Below, one piece after another: positions 47,963-57,395 of a DNA stretch of 64,000 nucleotides. The notes under the pieces were generated by a model. It searched no databases and was not told the origin of the DNA. It was given only the letters and a program-made list of their open reading frames with translations. The stretch's first letter is position 1. The number at the start of each line of letters is the position of its first letter. Source of the DNA: Patescibacteria group bacterium (GTDB lineage Bacteria > Patescibacteriota > Minisyncoccia > Phycocordibacterales > CAIZLB01); contig JAZKFG010000002.1 of the NCBI GenBank assembly GCA_040386515.1, forward strand, positions 15,074 to 79,073, read 5' to 3'. The translations under genes were made by a program, and so were the position numbers.

Positions 47963-48709
47963 ATGCGTTTATTTCTTGCTTACACAGCACTATTGATAGG
48001 CATTGTGTTTCTTCAGTCACGCACTGGAGGAACTATTAATGCTGACATGGTTGTAGTTGCAACATCAACTCCTGTTGCAACGTCTTCGTTGGTTTATAAA
48101 GACTTTAAACTTAAAGTTCCATATTATCATCAGCAATATCCAAACAGCTGTGAAGCTGCGTCCCTTAGAATGGCTTTGGCATATAAAGGAATTTTGAAAA
48201 ATGATATACAGATAGTTACTCAATTTACATATAAACCTACAATTAAAGATTATAAAAATAATATTTGGACAGATCCTCAGAAACAGTATGTGGGATTTGT
48301 TGATATTGCAGGACGGCCAAATGGTGGATATGGCGTGTACGGTTTGCCAGTATTAAAGGCTGTTCAGGCTTTTGGCAGAACTGGTGAATATGCTACAGGA
48401 ACTGCTATAACAGCTCAGTTCTTGACAAAAGAACTTGATGCAAAAAACCCTGTTGTTATTTGGGGTTATACATCGTTTAGAGAGGCTCCATATACATGGA
48501 AGACTACTGATGGGACAATTGTTAAAGCAATGCAAGGGGAGCATGCACGGCTTGTTGTGGGGTATAAAGGAACTGCAGCAAAGCCTGTAGGATTTTATGT
48601 ACATGATCCCTTTACAGGAAAGGCTAATGAATATTGGACAACAGCAAAGCTTATGGATCATATGCAGAAAGTGCCAGGGGTGACGGATCAGGCTGTAACC
48701 GTTCGATAA
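47963..48709 (+). CDS. C39-like (Peptidase_C39_2) cysteine peptidase
   Basis: 'VPYYHQ...SCEAASL.MAL.Y', 'EHA.LVVGY', 'HDP'. Confidence 0.85.
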   Translation: MRLFLAYTALLIGIVFLQSRTGGTINADMVVVATSTPVATSSLVYKDFKLKVPYYHQQYPNSCEAASLRMALAYKGILKNDIQIVTQFTYKPTIKDYKNNIWTDPQKQYVGFVDIAGRPNGGYGVYGLPVLKAVQAFGRTGEYATGTAITAQFLTKELDAKNPVVIWGYTSFREAPYTWKTTDGTIVKAMQGEHARLVVGYKGTAAKPVGFYVHDPFTGKANEYWTTAKLMDHMQKVPGVTDQAVTVR

Positions 48710-48739
48710 GTGTCTTAAATTTTGTGATATCATACCAGT

Positions 48740-49942
48740 ATGATCATCATCCTTATCATTCAATCAATTCTTTTAGCCCTTCTTTTAATCCTTTTTGTAT
48801 TGCGGAGCAATAAGAAAACAGTAGTTGTAGAAGATCCGAATATTGCCAATATGGTTAAAGACCTTGAGCGTCTCGAGACTGTGTTTAAGGATGAAATGTC
48901 ACGTAATCGTCTTGAGACAAGTAGTGGACAGAAGGATATTCGAACAGAAATCAATCAGAACTTGACGAGCACATTGACAACACTGACTCAGTCAGTGGAG
49001 CAAAAGCTTACTTCACTTCAACAGGACAACTCGCAAAAGCTTGATCGTATGCGAGAAACAGTAGATGAAAAATTGCACGCTACGCTGGAGAAAAGATTTG
49101 GTGAGTCATTTAAGCTTGTGTCTGACAGATTGGATCAAGTGCATAAAGGTCTGGGAGAAATGCAAACAATTGCAATCGGTGTGGGGGATTTGAAAAAAGT
49201 ATTAAGTAATATTAAGACTCGAGGTAGTTGGGGAGAGGCACAGCTTGGAAATCTTATAGAGGAAATTATGACTACTGAGCAATACGGAGTGCAGGTGAAG
49301 ACAAAGAAGAACAGTGCAGACAGGGTGGATTATGCTATCAAGCTTCCGGGAAGCGGAGAGAAGGATCATATTTGGCTCCCTATTGATGCTAAGTTTCCAA
49401 TAGAGGATTATCAGAGATTGATTGAAGCGGAGGATACTGGTGATCTTGCAGCTATTGAACTCAATAGAAAACAGCTAGAAACTCGCATCAAAGACGAAGC
49501 AAAAAAGATTCATACAAAATATATAGACACTCCATTTACAACAGACTTTGGTATTTTATTTGTGCCAATCGAAAGTTTGTATGGAGAAATTCTTCGAATA
49601 CCTGGATTGTTCGAATTTATCAGACGAGAATATAAGGTAATCATTACTGGGCCTACAACTATTCAGGCAATACTTAATAGTTTGAATATGGGATTTAGAA
49701 CACTTGCTATACAGAAGAGATCAAGTGAAGTGTGGGATATTTTAAATGGGGTAAAGACAGAGTTTGGAAAGTTTGGAGATATTCTTGAGAAGACACATAA
49801 AAAGTTACAAGAAGCAGGGAACACTATTGAAAGTGCAATGGTCCGAAGTCGAGCTATTGAGAAAAAGTTGGGTAAGGCTGGTGATGCACCAGAGTTGGCT
49901 GAAGCTGAGGTTGATATCAAGGAGATAGTTGAGATTGACTAG
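48740..49942 (+). CDS. rmuC: DNA recombination protein RmuC
   Basis: 'KTRGSWGE.QL', 'LPIDAKFP.EDY', 'TTDF.ILF.P.E', 'GPTT..A.LNSL.MGF'. Confidence 0.93.
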   Translation: MIIILIIQSILLALLLILFVLRSNKKTVVVEDPNIANMVKDLERLETVFKDEMSRNRLETSSGQKDIRTEINQNLTSTLTTLTQSVEQKLTSLQQDNSQKLDRMRETVDEKLHATLEKRFGESFKLVSDRLDQVHKGLGEMQTIAIGVGDLKKVLSNIKTRGSWGEAQLGNLIEEIMTTEQYGVQVKTKKNSADRVDYAIKLPGSGEKDHIWLPIDAKFPIEDYQRLIEAEDTGDLAAIELNRKQLETRIKDEAKKIHTKYIDTPFTTDFGILFVPIESLYGEILRIPGLFEFIRREYKVIITGPTTIQAILNSLNMGFRTLAIQKRSSEVWDILNGVKTEFGKFGDILEKTHKKLQEAGNTIESAMVRSRAIEKKLGKAGDAPELAEAEVDIKEIVEID

Positions 49943-49977
49943 CTTGTGACTCAAGATTATGATGCTATACTAACCTT

Positions 49978-50253
49978 ATGGAACAAGCTACAACACTTGC
50001 ACACGCAAATACATTCTTTTTTATCACAACTATCGCGGTAGTAGTACTTATAGTCATTCTTCTCGTAATACTGTATGTTGTATACAGAGTCTCAAAATTC
50101 ATCAAACATGCTATGGTCCGAGTCGACAGCCTACTTGACAAAGCTGGAGATTCTGTTGAAGAGAGCTCAACAAGCAAGAAAGTCATGCCATATGTACTTC
50201 CAATACTAGGCTATTTCTTCAACAAGAAAAGCTCGCATAAAAAGAAAATGTGA
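49978..50253 (+). CDS. small membrane protein
   Basis: One TM; TGCTATACT-N6-ATG. Confidence 0.65.
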   Translation: MEQATTLAHANTFFFITTIAVVVLIVILLVILYVVYRVSKFIKHAMVRVDSLLDKAGDSVEESSTSKKVMPYVLPILGYFFNKKSSHKKKM

Positions 50254-50265
50254 TATAATTTAGAT

Positions 50266-50706
50266 ATGACAAACACATCATCAAACAAAACACAAACAAC
50301 AACCGGAGAGAAGGTGATTATCGGAGCAGGTATTACTGGACTTCTTGTTGCTGCAACATTAGGAGCTAAATTTCTTTTCAATACAAAAAAAGGAAAGCAG
50401 AGCCTAAAACATATTAAAAGTTGGGCTTTCAAAATGAAAGGCGAAGTTCTAGAAAAACTAGAGCGAGCAAAAGAAATTAACGAAGAAACTTATAACAAAG
50501 TAGTTGAAGAACTAGGAGAGAAATATAAAAAAATTAAAGGAATGACTCTGGATGAAGTAGCTGAAGTTGTTCAAGAATTAAAAGGACAATGGAAATCTGT
50601 TCATGCAGAAGTTAAGAAAACATTAAAAGGATCAAATGCGAAACCAAAATCAAAATCACCAGCAAAACCAAAGACCGCAAAGACAAGTGCCGCAAAAGCA
50701 AAATAA
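50266..50706 (+). CDS. YtxH-like/hypothetical protein with basic tail
   Basis: Gly/Ala hydrophobic N-segment, 'KGK..LK', Lys-rich C-terminus; TGATATAAT-N6-ATG. Confidence 0.6.
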   Translation: MTNTSSNKTQTTTGEKVIIGAGITGLLVAATLGAKFLFNTKKGKQSLKHIKSWAFKMKGEVLEKLERAKEINEETYNKVVEELGEKYKKIKGMTLDEVAEVVQELKGQWKSVHAEVKKTLKGSNAKPKSKSPAKPKTAKTSAAKAK

Positions 50707-51484
50707 TACTTCTTGGGGAAATGTTTCTTCTTGGTATGATGAATATCTTCAAGACGAAGATACGTATCAAGCAAAGGTCATAGCACCAAATCTCATCCGC
50801 CTACTCAACGTAGACGGTTTTGAGTCTAAGGATAAGGTAGTTGAGCTTGGATGTGGACAAGGATATTTTATGCAGCGTGTGCTTGATGTTGTGCCACGAG
50901 GTGTGCATATATCTTTTGAAGGTATAGATATTTCAAGTGAATTACTTAGTATTGCACAGAAGAATTTGGGAAATGATGTGACCCTAACTCAATCTGATGC
51001 TGCTAAGCTCACGTCATTAAAAGATACAAGTGTTGATCTTATGTACTCTGTTTTGGCTCTCCAAAATATGAGTGATTTAAGTGCGGTGGTAGGGGAAATA
51101 AAAAGAGTATTAAAAAAAGATGGTAGATTTATTGGAGTGATAAACCACCCGGCTTTTCGTATCCCTAAGCAAAGTGATTGGTATTTTGATTCAAATCGAA
51201 ATGCACAAGGAAGAGTTGTGTATACATATATGTCTGAAAAGAGATTTGCTATTGATATGCATCCAGGAAAGACTGCAGAAGGAGCAAAGAGGGAAGAAAC
51301 CTTTTCATTTCATCATCCTCTACAGTTTTATGTGAAAGCTTTTGCAAAGCATGGATTAGCCATAACACGTCTTGAAGAGTGGATTTCTCATAAAGTGAGC
51401 GAAGAAGGTCCTAAAAAGCGTATGGAAGACGAATCAAGAAAGGAAATACCAATGTTTATGTGCATTGAAATTAAAGGTATTTAG
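50636..51484 (+). CDS. class I SAM-dependent methyltransferase
   Basis: 'VELGCGQG' motif I, 'GIDIS', 'RVLKKDGRF'; start uncertain (71-nt overlap). Confidence 0.85.
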   Translation: MRNQNQNHQQNQRPQRQVPQKQNNTSWGNVSSWYDEYLQDEDTYQAKVIAPNLIRLLNVDGFESKDKVVELGCGQGYFMQRVLDVVPRGVHISFEGIDISSELLSIAQKNLGNDVTLTQSDAAKLTSLKDTSVDLMYSVLALQNMSDLSAVVGEIKRVLKKDGRFIGVINHPAFRIPKQSDWYFDSNRNAQGRVVYTYMSEKRFAIDMHPGKTAEGAKREETFSFHHPLQFYVKAFAKHGLAITRLEEWISHKVSEEGPKKRMEDESRKEIPMFMCIEIKGI

Positions 51485-51532
51485 CCGGAATTTTCATTTA
51501 CAAGCCTTTAAAATAAGTATATATTATACCTA

Positions 51533-52459
51533 ATGTCTAGCTTCATCCGCTATGTTACATATCTGCTGGTTATATTATTGTGCTTATTTCTGTTGCAGAA
51601 GAATGGTGTTAATGTAAAAGATGGAATAGGAAAAGGTAGTGATAGGATTCGTTCATTTATATACAATGTGAAAGAAGATATTGATTCGGGCAAAACTAAT
51701 GCAACTACAAGTACTTCAACAGATACTCTGATTAAGGGAATAAGTACAAGCACAATAAAAGGATATACAGGCACAGGAAGCAAAAATATCAATAAAATTG
51801 ATACAGGCATGAGTGTTGCGGGTGTATTAAAGTACACAAACATTGAGCGCGTGAAAAATGGATTAAAACCGTTAGCATTAAATACAAAACTTTCAAACTC
51901 TGCAATTGCAAAAGTTGATGATATGTTCACGTTTCAGTATTTTGAGCACACATCCCCAGAAGGAAAAACCGCTGCTGATTTAGTGAGATCGCAAGGATAT
52001 AACTTCCAAAGCGTAGGTGAGAACTTGGCGCTTGGTGATTTTGGAAATGATAAAAACCTTGTTGATGCATGGATGAATAGTCCACTACATAGAAAGAATA
52101 TTCTTAACCCGCGATTCACTGAAATCGGTCTTGGTGTAGCTAAGGGAATGTATAATGGGGAAACGCAGTGGCTTGCTGTGCAGCATTTCGGTAGACCTGT
52201 GCCTGTATGTCCTGAAGTATCAGAAATGCTCAAAGGAAATGTTGATGCAGAAAAAAACAGTCTTGAACTAGAAGAAGCAGCCCTTAAAAAAATGGCAGAT
52301 GAAATTGAAGCTGATCCTAATCAGAACAAATCAAAAGAATTTCTTGATGCATACAATGCAAGAGTGGCAACATACAATGCACGTCTTGGGACTTTACGAG
52401 ATATGATCAAAGAATACAACACTAAAGTTGATGTATATAACGCTTGCTTAACTTCTTAG
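51533..52459 (+). CDS. CAP/SCP domain protein with C-terminal coiled coil
   Basis: 'TNIERVKNGL', 'YFEH.SP', 'GENLA', 'WMNSPLHRKNIL', 'VQHFG'. Confidence 0.9.
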   Translation: MSSFIRYVTYLLVILLCLFLLQKNGVNVKDGIGKGSDRIRSFIYNVKEDIDSGKTNATTSTSTDTLIKGISTSTIKGYTGTGSKNINKIDTGMSVAGVLKYTNIERVKNGLKPLALNTKLSNSAIAKVDDMFTFQYFEHTSPEGKTAADLVRSQGYNFQSVGENLALGDFGNDKNLVDAWMNSPLHRKNILNPRFTEIGLGVAKGMYNGETQWLAVQHFGRPVPVCPEVSEMLKGNVDAEKNSLELEEAALKKMADEIEADPNQNKSKEFLDAYNARVATYNARLGTLRDMIKEYNTKVDVYNACLTS

Positions 52460-52461
52460 GC

Positions 52462-53562
52462 TTATATAAAGAATAGAGCAATAAGACCGAATACATATGG
52501 AACAATTCTTCCTGCTCGAAAAACGAGCAATGCGAATGCGTCTCTTTCATTTACATGCTTGTAAAATAATCCTTCTGTTGCAATTTCGATAAGACTGCAG
52601 CCTACTCGACTGATAAAGAGAAATAGAGCAAGCCATAGAAAGCTGTTATTCATATCGGGAGTTACGCACAAACTAATAACTGTAAATACAATCGTTGTAC
52701 ATAATCCCCAGCCAAAGACCTTCTTTTCATTGTGCTGTCTGTCTTCCATTGAGCCAAAGGGAATTTGAAGTAGGATGAAAGGTACTACGGTGATTGCAAG
52801 AAGTATACCGATTTTATCCCAATCAAATCCAAAATATGAATGTAAATAAATAGGCAAGAGTACGCCGGTTATCGCATAGTATAAATGAAGCGTTGATTGA
52901 ATTAGGAATGATTTTCTATCAAGCTTGTCTGACCAAAAGTTCATAATTTTTTGAGTAAGAGTCAATGAATCTATATTCTTTGAAAGCGGAGCAGTATCAG
53001 GATCTTGCAAATAAATATACACGAAAAATATAAACGGCAATAAAAGAAGAAAGGAGATTGCATACACAATAGGAAGGCTCTGCTCACGTAGGCTACTTAA
53101 CAATAGGGGAACAATAACAAATGGTGTATTCCACATTGTAAGGTATATACCTCTTCCTCGGCCTCTATCTTCAGCATGAATATAGCTTTCAAACAAAATA
53201 TCAAGGTTATAGAGCATATAAGGGGTAATAAGATGATGTAGACAGAAGGCTGTAACAAATAGCACTGGTTGAACATGAATACTGGCCGCATACATTGTTG
53301 CAAGGCAAACCATTTCAATCAATGTAAATATATACATATTTGATCGAGTCTTCTGTATTTTTTTGCTCGATAAAAGGAGAAAAACAACAACGCCAAAAAG
53401 AGATGCGATACCATAAATAATCAAAACTTGAAGTACTGAAAATTTAAACAAATATGTCAAAATAGATGAGTTGGCAAAATACACAAACACATAATGAAGT
53501 GCGAGAAAAAATATTGAAAGATAAAGTGCGGTATGAACTCTAAGTGGTATGTACTTTTGCAT
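52462..53562 (-). CDS. MFS-type transporter
   Basis: About 11-12 hydrophobic segments; 'RGRGRGIY', 'QIPFG..D'. Confidence 0.7.
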   Translation of the reverse strand: MQKYIPLRVHTALYLSIFFLALHYVFVYFANSSILTYLFKFSVLQVLIIYGIASLFGVVVFLLLSSKKIQKTRSNMYIFTLIEMVCLATMYAASIHVQPVLFVTAFCLHHLITPYMLYNLDILFESYIHAEDRGRGRGIYLTMWNTPFVIVPLLLSSLREQSLPIVYAISFLLLLPFIFFVYIYLQDPDTAPLSKNIDSLTLTQKIMNFWSDKLDRKSFLIQSTLHLYYAITGVLLPIYLHSYFGFDWDKIGILLAITVVPFILLQIPFGSMEDRQHNEKKVFGWGLCTTIVFTVISLCVTPDMNNSFLWLALFLFISRVGCSLIEIATEGLFYKHVNERDAFALLVFRAGRIVPYVFGLIALFFI

Positions 53563-53643
53563 GAGGATAATTATAGCTCGAAAACATTCAACTTCCCACT
53601 AATGAAAAAATACAAAATAAAATCGCCCACTTTTTGAAAAAAT

Positions 53644-53693
53644 ATACAACAAAAAAACGGCATTAGTGATGGACTGCCGCATTTTTTGTTGTA
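53644..53693 (-). terminator. long hairpin, probable terminator after DsbA-like gene
   Basis: atacaacaaaaaa..cggca/tgccg..ttttttgttgtat. Confidence 0.5.
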
Positions 53694-53701
53694 TGTTTTT
53701 A

Positions 53702-54481
53702 TTATTTCGTAGCCAACATCTGATCTATAATCTTCTTCATTACATCGTAAGGAAGAGCTCCGAGACCTTGACCTTGTTCATTTACAAGAGGAATGTTTTC
53801 ACCTTTGAATTGAATAACAGTATACGGTGTACCTGCTGCGCCTGCTTTTGCTCCAGCATCATATGATGCTTTTACTTTTTCAGCATATTTTCCACTATCG
53901 ATACATGCTTTCATCTTAGCTTTATCAAGTCCTACTTTGGCTGCAAGATCAGGAAGAGTTGCAGGATCTAAACCATCATTAGATTTTGTAGTTGCATAAA
54001 TCTCATCTATATATTTCCAGAATGCATCTTTACCTCCAAGTTCTGTTGCACACTCTGTTGCTTCAGCTTCTTTGGCTGCATACTTATGAAGTACTTGGTC
54101 TCCATATGAAAGAGGGAAATGTCGATATACCCAAACAACTTGCTTATTTGAACCATATTCAGCAAAAATCTTTTTCATTGTCTCGTGATACACTTTACAG
54201 AATGGACACTCAGTATCTGAGTATTCAATGATTGCGATTTTTGCATCTTTATCTCCTCGTAAATGATCTTCATCTGTAACTTTGGCAACTTCTATTTCTG
54301 GAGCCTGTAGGGCGCCATTAATAAGATCTTTACCATTACTTGCTGTAGTATCAGATCCTTTTTTTTCACTTGCATAAACTCCAAATGCAATAAGGGCTCC
54401 TGCAATTAGAATTGAAAGTGGCATGATAAGCTGCTTCATGTCAAAAGGTTTTTGTGTTTGATTGTGTGTTGTTTGTTCCAT
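53702..54481 (-). CDS. DsbA/BdbD-like thiol-disulfide oxidoreductase
   Basis: 'EYSDTECPFC', 'YRHFPL', 'GTP'; N-terminal TM. Confidence 0.9.
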   Translation of the reverse strand: MEQTTHNQTQKPFDMKQLIMPLSILIAGALIAFGVYASEKKGSDTTASNGKDLINGALQAPEIEVAKVTDEDHLRGDKDAKIAIIEYSDTECPFCKVYHETMKKIFAEYGSNKQVVWVYRHFPLSYGDQVLHKYAAKEAEATECATELGGKDAFWKYIDEIYATTKSNDGLDPATLPDLAAKVGLDKAKMKACIDSGKYAEKVKASYDAGAKAGAAGTPYTVIQFKGENIPLVNEQGQGLGALPYDVMKKIIDQMLATK

Positions 54482-54520
54482 TTGGAAATTATATCAAATA
54501 TAACCCAAATAGTGCCACTT

Positions 54521-55102
54521 TTAAAAAGGCAAACTGTATGTCATACGCACGTCTTGCTCAAGTGATTGTTCCCATTGTCTAGTGTCTAAGGGTACAACAC
54601 GCTTGTCCTTATTGTCCATATAATAGAGCTTTTGCTCTTTCATGGCATATTCGTATACATCTTTTGTTACTTCAACATCCATCATGCAATAATCAATAAT
54701 TTTCTGAATTTCACCCTTTTTCCACCATGTTATTGCCTCAAGTCCATTTCCTGATTTTCCTTTATCTAGCGTTGCTTGGGCAACTGAATCAAGTCCAACA
54801 CGTCGTCCAATAACTTTCTGAATTTCTTTAAGTAAATCTACGTGTCTAAATTTTGTTAAATCGCCGTTGTAATATTTATTTAAAATAGGAAGGTCAAAAT
54901 GATCACCATTATATGTGACAAGTAAATCTGCTGCTTCAAGAATTGGCCAAAGGGTAGGGAGTGTTTCAATAGTATAACTTGAGTACTTTTTTGTATCAGA
55001 TTCATAAATACACATAATTGACATATCGAGTGCTGTTGGGTCATTGCTTCCTGCCATGGCGAATGTATTCTGTGTTTCGATATCGAGTATTACTTTTTTC
55101 AT
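54521..55102 (-). CDS. RNase H-like DEDD 3'-5' exonuclease (YprB-like)
   Basis: 'LDIET', 'YNGDHFDLP', 'YC..DV'. Confidence 0.85.
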   Translation of the reverse strand: MKKVILDIETQNTFAMAGSNDPTALDMSIMCIYESDTKKYSSYTIETLPTLWPILEAADLLVTYNGDHFDLPILNKYYNGDLTKFRHVDLLKEIQKVIGRRVGLDSVAQATLDKGKSGNGLEAITWWKKGEIQKIIDYCMMDVEVTKDVYEYAMKEQKLYYMDNKDKRVVPLDTRQWEQSLEQDVRMTYSLPF

Positions 55103-55140
55103 AAGAATTATCTTAGCATAAATTATGATAGTATAGGATT

Positions 55141-55998
55141 ATGTCTATAGAATCGGGACCAGGGAATAAGAACTGTGTATATAAGGCTAAAATACTAACT
55201 GCAGAAGAGTATGTAAATCTTCCGTATATCCGTGAAAAAGCACTAGGTCATGTTTTTAAACTTGAAAAGGGAAATAAAAAACTTTTTTATGTTGGAACAA
55301 TGCACACCAATAAGCCAGAAAATCCTTTATTTAGGGAAATAAAGAATGAATTCAATACTTTGCAGCCTGAAATAGTAATGCTTGAAGGAAGAAGATATAT
55401 TAATACTGAAAAAGAGAATTATCGAAATTACTATAAAGATAAAACTCTGGAGGAAACTATTGGGGAAGGTGAACCGACATTTACACTCAAACTTGCTGTC
55501 GATGCGGGAATTGACTTTGAATCTCCAGAACCAAGTCAACGTAAAGAAATACAACATTTAGTCGATCTCGGATATTCTCAGGTTGATATACACAGATATT
55601 ATGCATATAGAAATATTTATCAATTTTTACGAGAAAATTCTCCAAGTACAATAAGTGCATGCAAAGAATATGTGCAAAAGTTTATGGTCAATTTTAGGAT
55701 TAGAAGCGGTTGGAATGAAGAATTATTGAATGAATTAGATGCAAATATACTTGCAGAAATTGGAACAGGGGATAATAAACGGTTTTCGATAGGTTCGGAT
55801 CCAACACCTTGGCCTGGAGAAGAATATCCAATTACAGGCCAGATTGCTGCAGCATCTGGTCAATTTCGCGACGAATATATGGTTGAGGAGGTTATTCGTG
55901 CATTACAAAAATACGATAAAGTATTTATTGTCTACGGTGCATATCATGCACTAGTTCAAGAACCAGCTCTTCGAGCTTATTTTGACGATATGGAATAA
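55141..55998 (+). CDS. hypothetical protein (possible TraB/ChaN-like fold)
   Basis: 'YVGTMH', 'VMLEG', 'RDEYM', 'VYGAYH'; TGA-TAGTAT-N6-ATG. Confidence 0.5.
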   Translation: MSIESGPGNKNCVYKAKILTAEEYVNLPYIREKALGHVFKLEKGNKKLFYVGTMHTNKPENPLFREIKNEFNTLQPEIVMLEGRRYINTEKENYRNYYKDKTLEETIGEGEPTFTLKLAVDAGIDFESPEPSQRKEIQHLVDLGYSQVDIHRYYAYRNIYQFLRENSPSTISACKEYVQKFMVNFRIRSGWNEELLNELDANILAEIGTGDNKRFSIGSDPTPWPGEEYPITGQIAAASGQFRDEYMVEEVIRALQKYDKVFIVYGAYHALVQEPALRAYFDDME

Positions 55999-56001
55999 TG
56001 C

Positions 56002-57273
56002 TTATATTTCCTTAACTGTATACTCTTTGTTCTTCACTTCATTTTCACCAATCATAACAATGTTTTTTACAGAAAGCTTTTTTGCATATGTAACAATGTC
56101 GCCTGACTTTCTGCTCGTATATAGTACAGCAACTTTTTTATTATCATCTCTAAGTGTTTGAGCAACTTCGTCTGCATAATTTAAAGTATTCTCATCCTCA
56201 TCGAGGACTGCAACTAATATGTCTGTTTCAGATGCATATGCAGGAATCAGATCACGTGACTCAAGAAAGTTAAGCATAGGAACATCACCAATGCCAAAAC
56301 CAATTCCAGAAATTGTTGCTTCATCTGTTGCTCCTTCAAAAATATCAATTAAATTATCATATCGTCCTCCACCAAATAGGGCACGGTTGTTTTTTGTATC
56401 TGTGTCAAATACTTCAAATACAAGGCCTGTATAATAGTCTAATCCTCGAACTGTATTCTCATCGAAAATAATATTTGTGATTCCTGCATTTTTACACAAT
56501 TCAATAGTATTAGTTACCATATCAAGTGATTCTTTGATTGATGGAATTGCACGAAGAGTTTCAAGATCAAGTTCTTCTCGAATATCGATTAAGTCTTTTA
56601 CTTCATCAATTCCAGCTTCGTCACAAATGTTGTAATACTCAGCGATAAACTCATCGCCGGAAATCTTATTTCTTTTGTCTGTAAGCTTCTGGAAAGCAAG
56701 TGCATATTCTCCAGTTAGTCCATAATAATCTGTATACAACTTTTCAAGAAAAGCTCGAGAATTTATGTGTATTGTATAATCTAAGTCTGTAGCACCAAAA
56801 CCTTTCATGATTCGAGCAACAAGCTGTAAGATTTCTACGTCATATCGAATGCTTGGTTTTTTTGTAAGCAAGTCAACATTGAGCTGCCAAAATTCTCGTA
56901 GTCTACCTCGCTGTGGCCTTTCATATCTAAAACAATTAGGGATAGAGAAAAGGCGAAGAGGGAAAGGAAGCTCTCTTTTTTTTGCTGCCACCATTCGAGC
57001 AAGTGACGGAGTCATTTCTGGTCGCAAAGTGACTTGTCTATCTCCTCTGTCGGTAAACGTATATGTTTGCTCATTTACAAGTTCTTGGCCTGATTTTGCA
57101 TGATAAATCTCAGTGTTTTCAAGTATAGAAGCATTGTATTCCTCATATCCAAAACTATGCACGGCCTGTTTCCATGTATCAAAAATGTATTGCTGAACAT
57201 ATTGCTCTTCAGGGTAAAAGTCACGTACTCCTTTATAGCTCTCAGTTGATAGTTTCTTAGTAGATTCTTTCAT
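56002..57273 (-). CDS. hisS: histidine--tRNA ligase
   Basis: 'GVRDF.P', 'LRPEMT', 'FRYERPQRGRLREF.Q', 'VRGLDYYTG', 'GGGRYD'. Confidence 0.96.
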   Translation of the reverse strand: MKESTKKLSTESYKGVRDFYPEEQYVQQYIFDTWKQAVHSFGYEEYNASILENTEIYHAKSGQELVNEQTYTFTDRGDRQVTLRPEMTPSLARMVAAKKRELPFPLRLFSIPNCFRYERPQRGRLREFWQLNVDLLTKKPSIRYDVEILQLVARIMKGFGATDLDYTIHINSRAFLEKLYTDYYGLTGEYALAFQKLTDKRNKISGDEFIAEYYNICDEAGIDEVKDLIDIREELDLETLRAIPSIKESLDMVTNTIELCKNAGITNIIFDENTVRGLDYYTGLVFEVFDTDTKNNRALFGGGRYDNLIDIFEGATDEATISGIGFGIGDVPMLNFLESRDLIPAYASETDILVAVLDEDENTLNYADEVAQTLRDDNKKVAVLYTSRKSGDIVTYAKKLSVKNIVMIGENEVKNKEYTVKEI

Positions 57274-57395
57274 GGATTATATATAGCATATTTGAGGTGA
57301 TTTGTGGTAAAGATTGGCTTTTCTTTAACTTGTCTTTATCTTTAGCATATTATTCCTTTTAAAATACGTTATCGGACAAATGTTTAAGTATAGGG

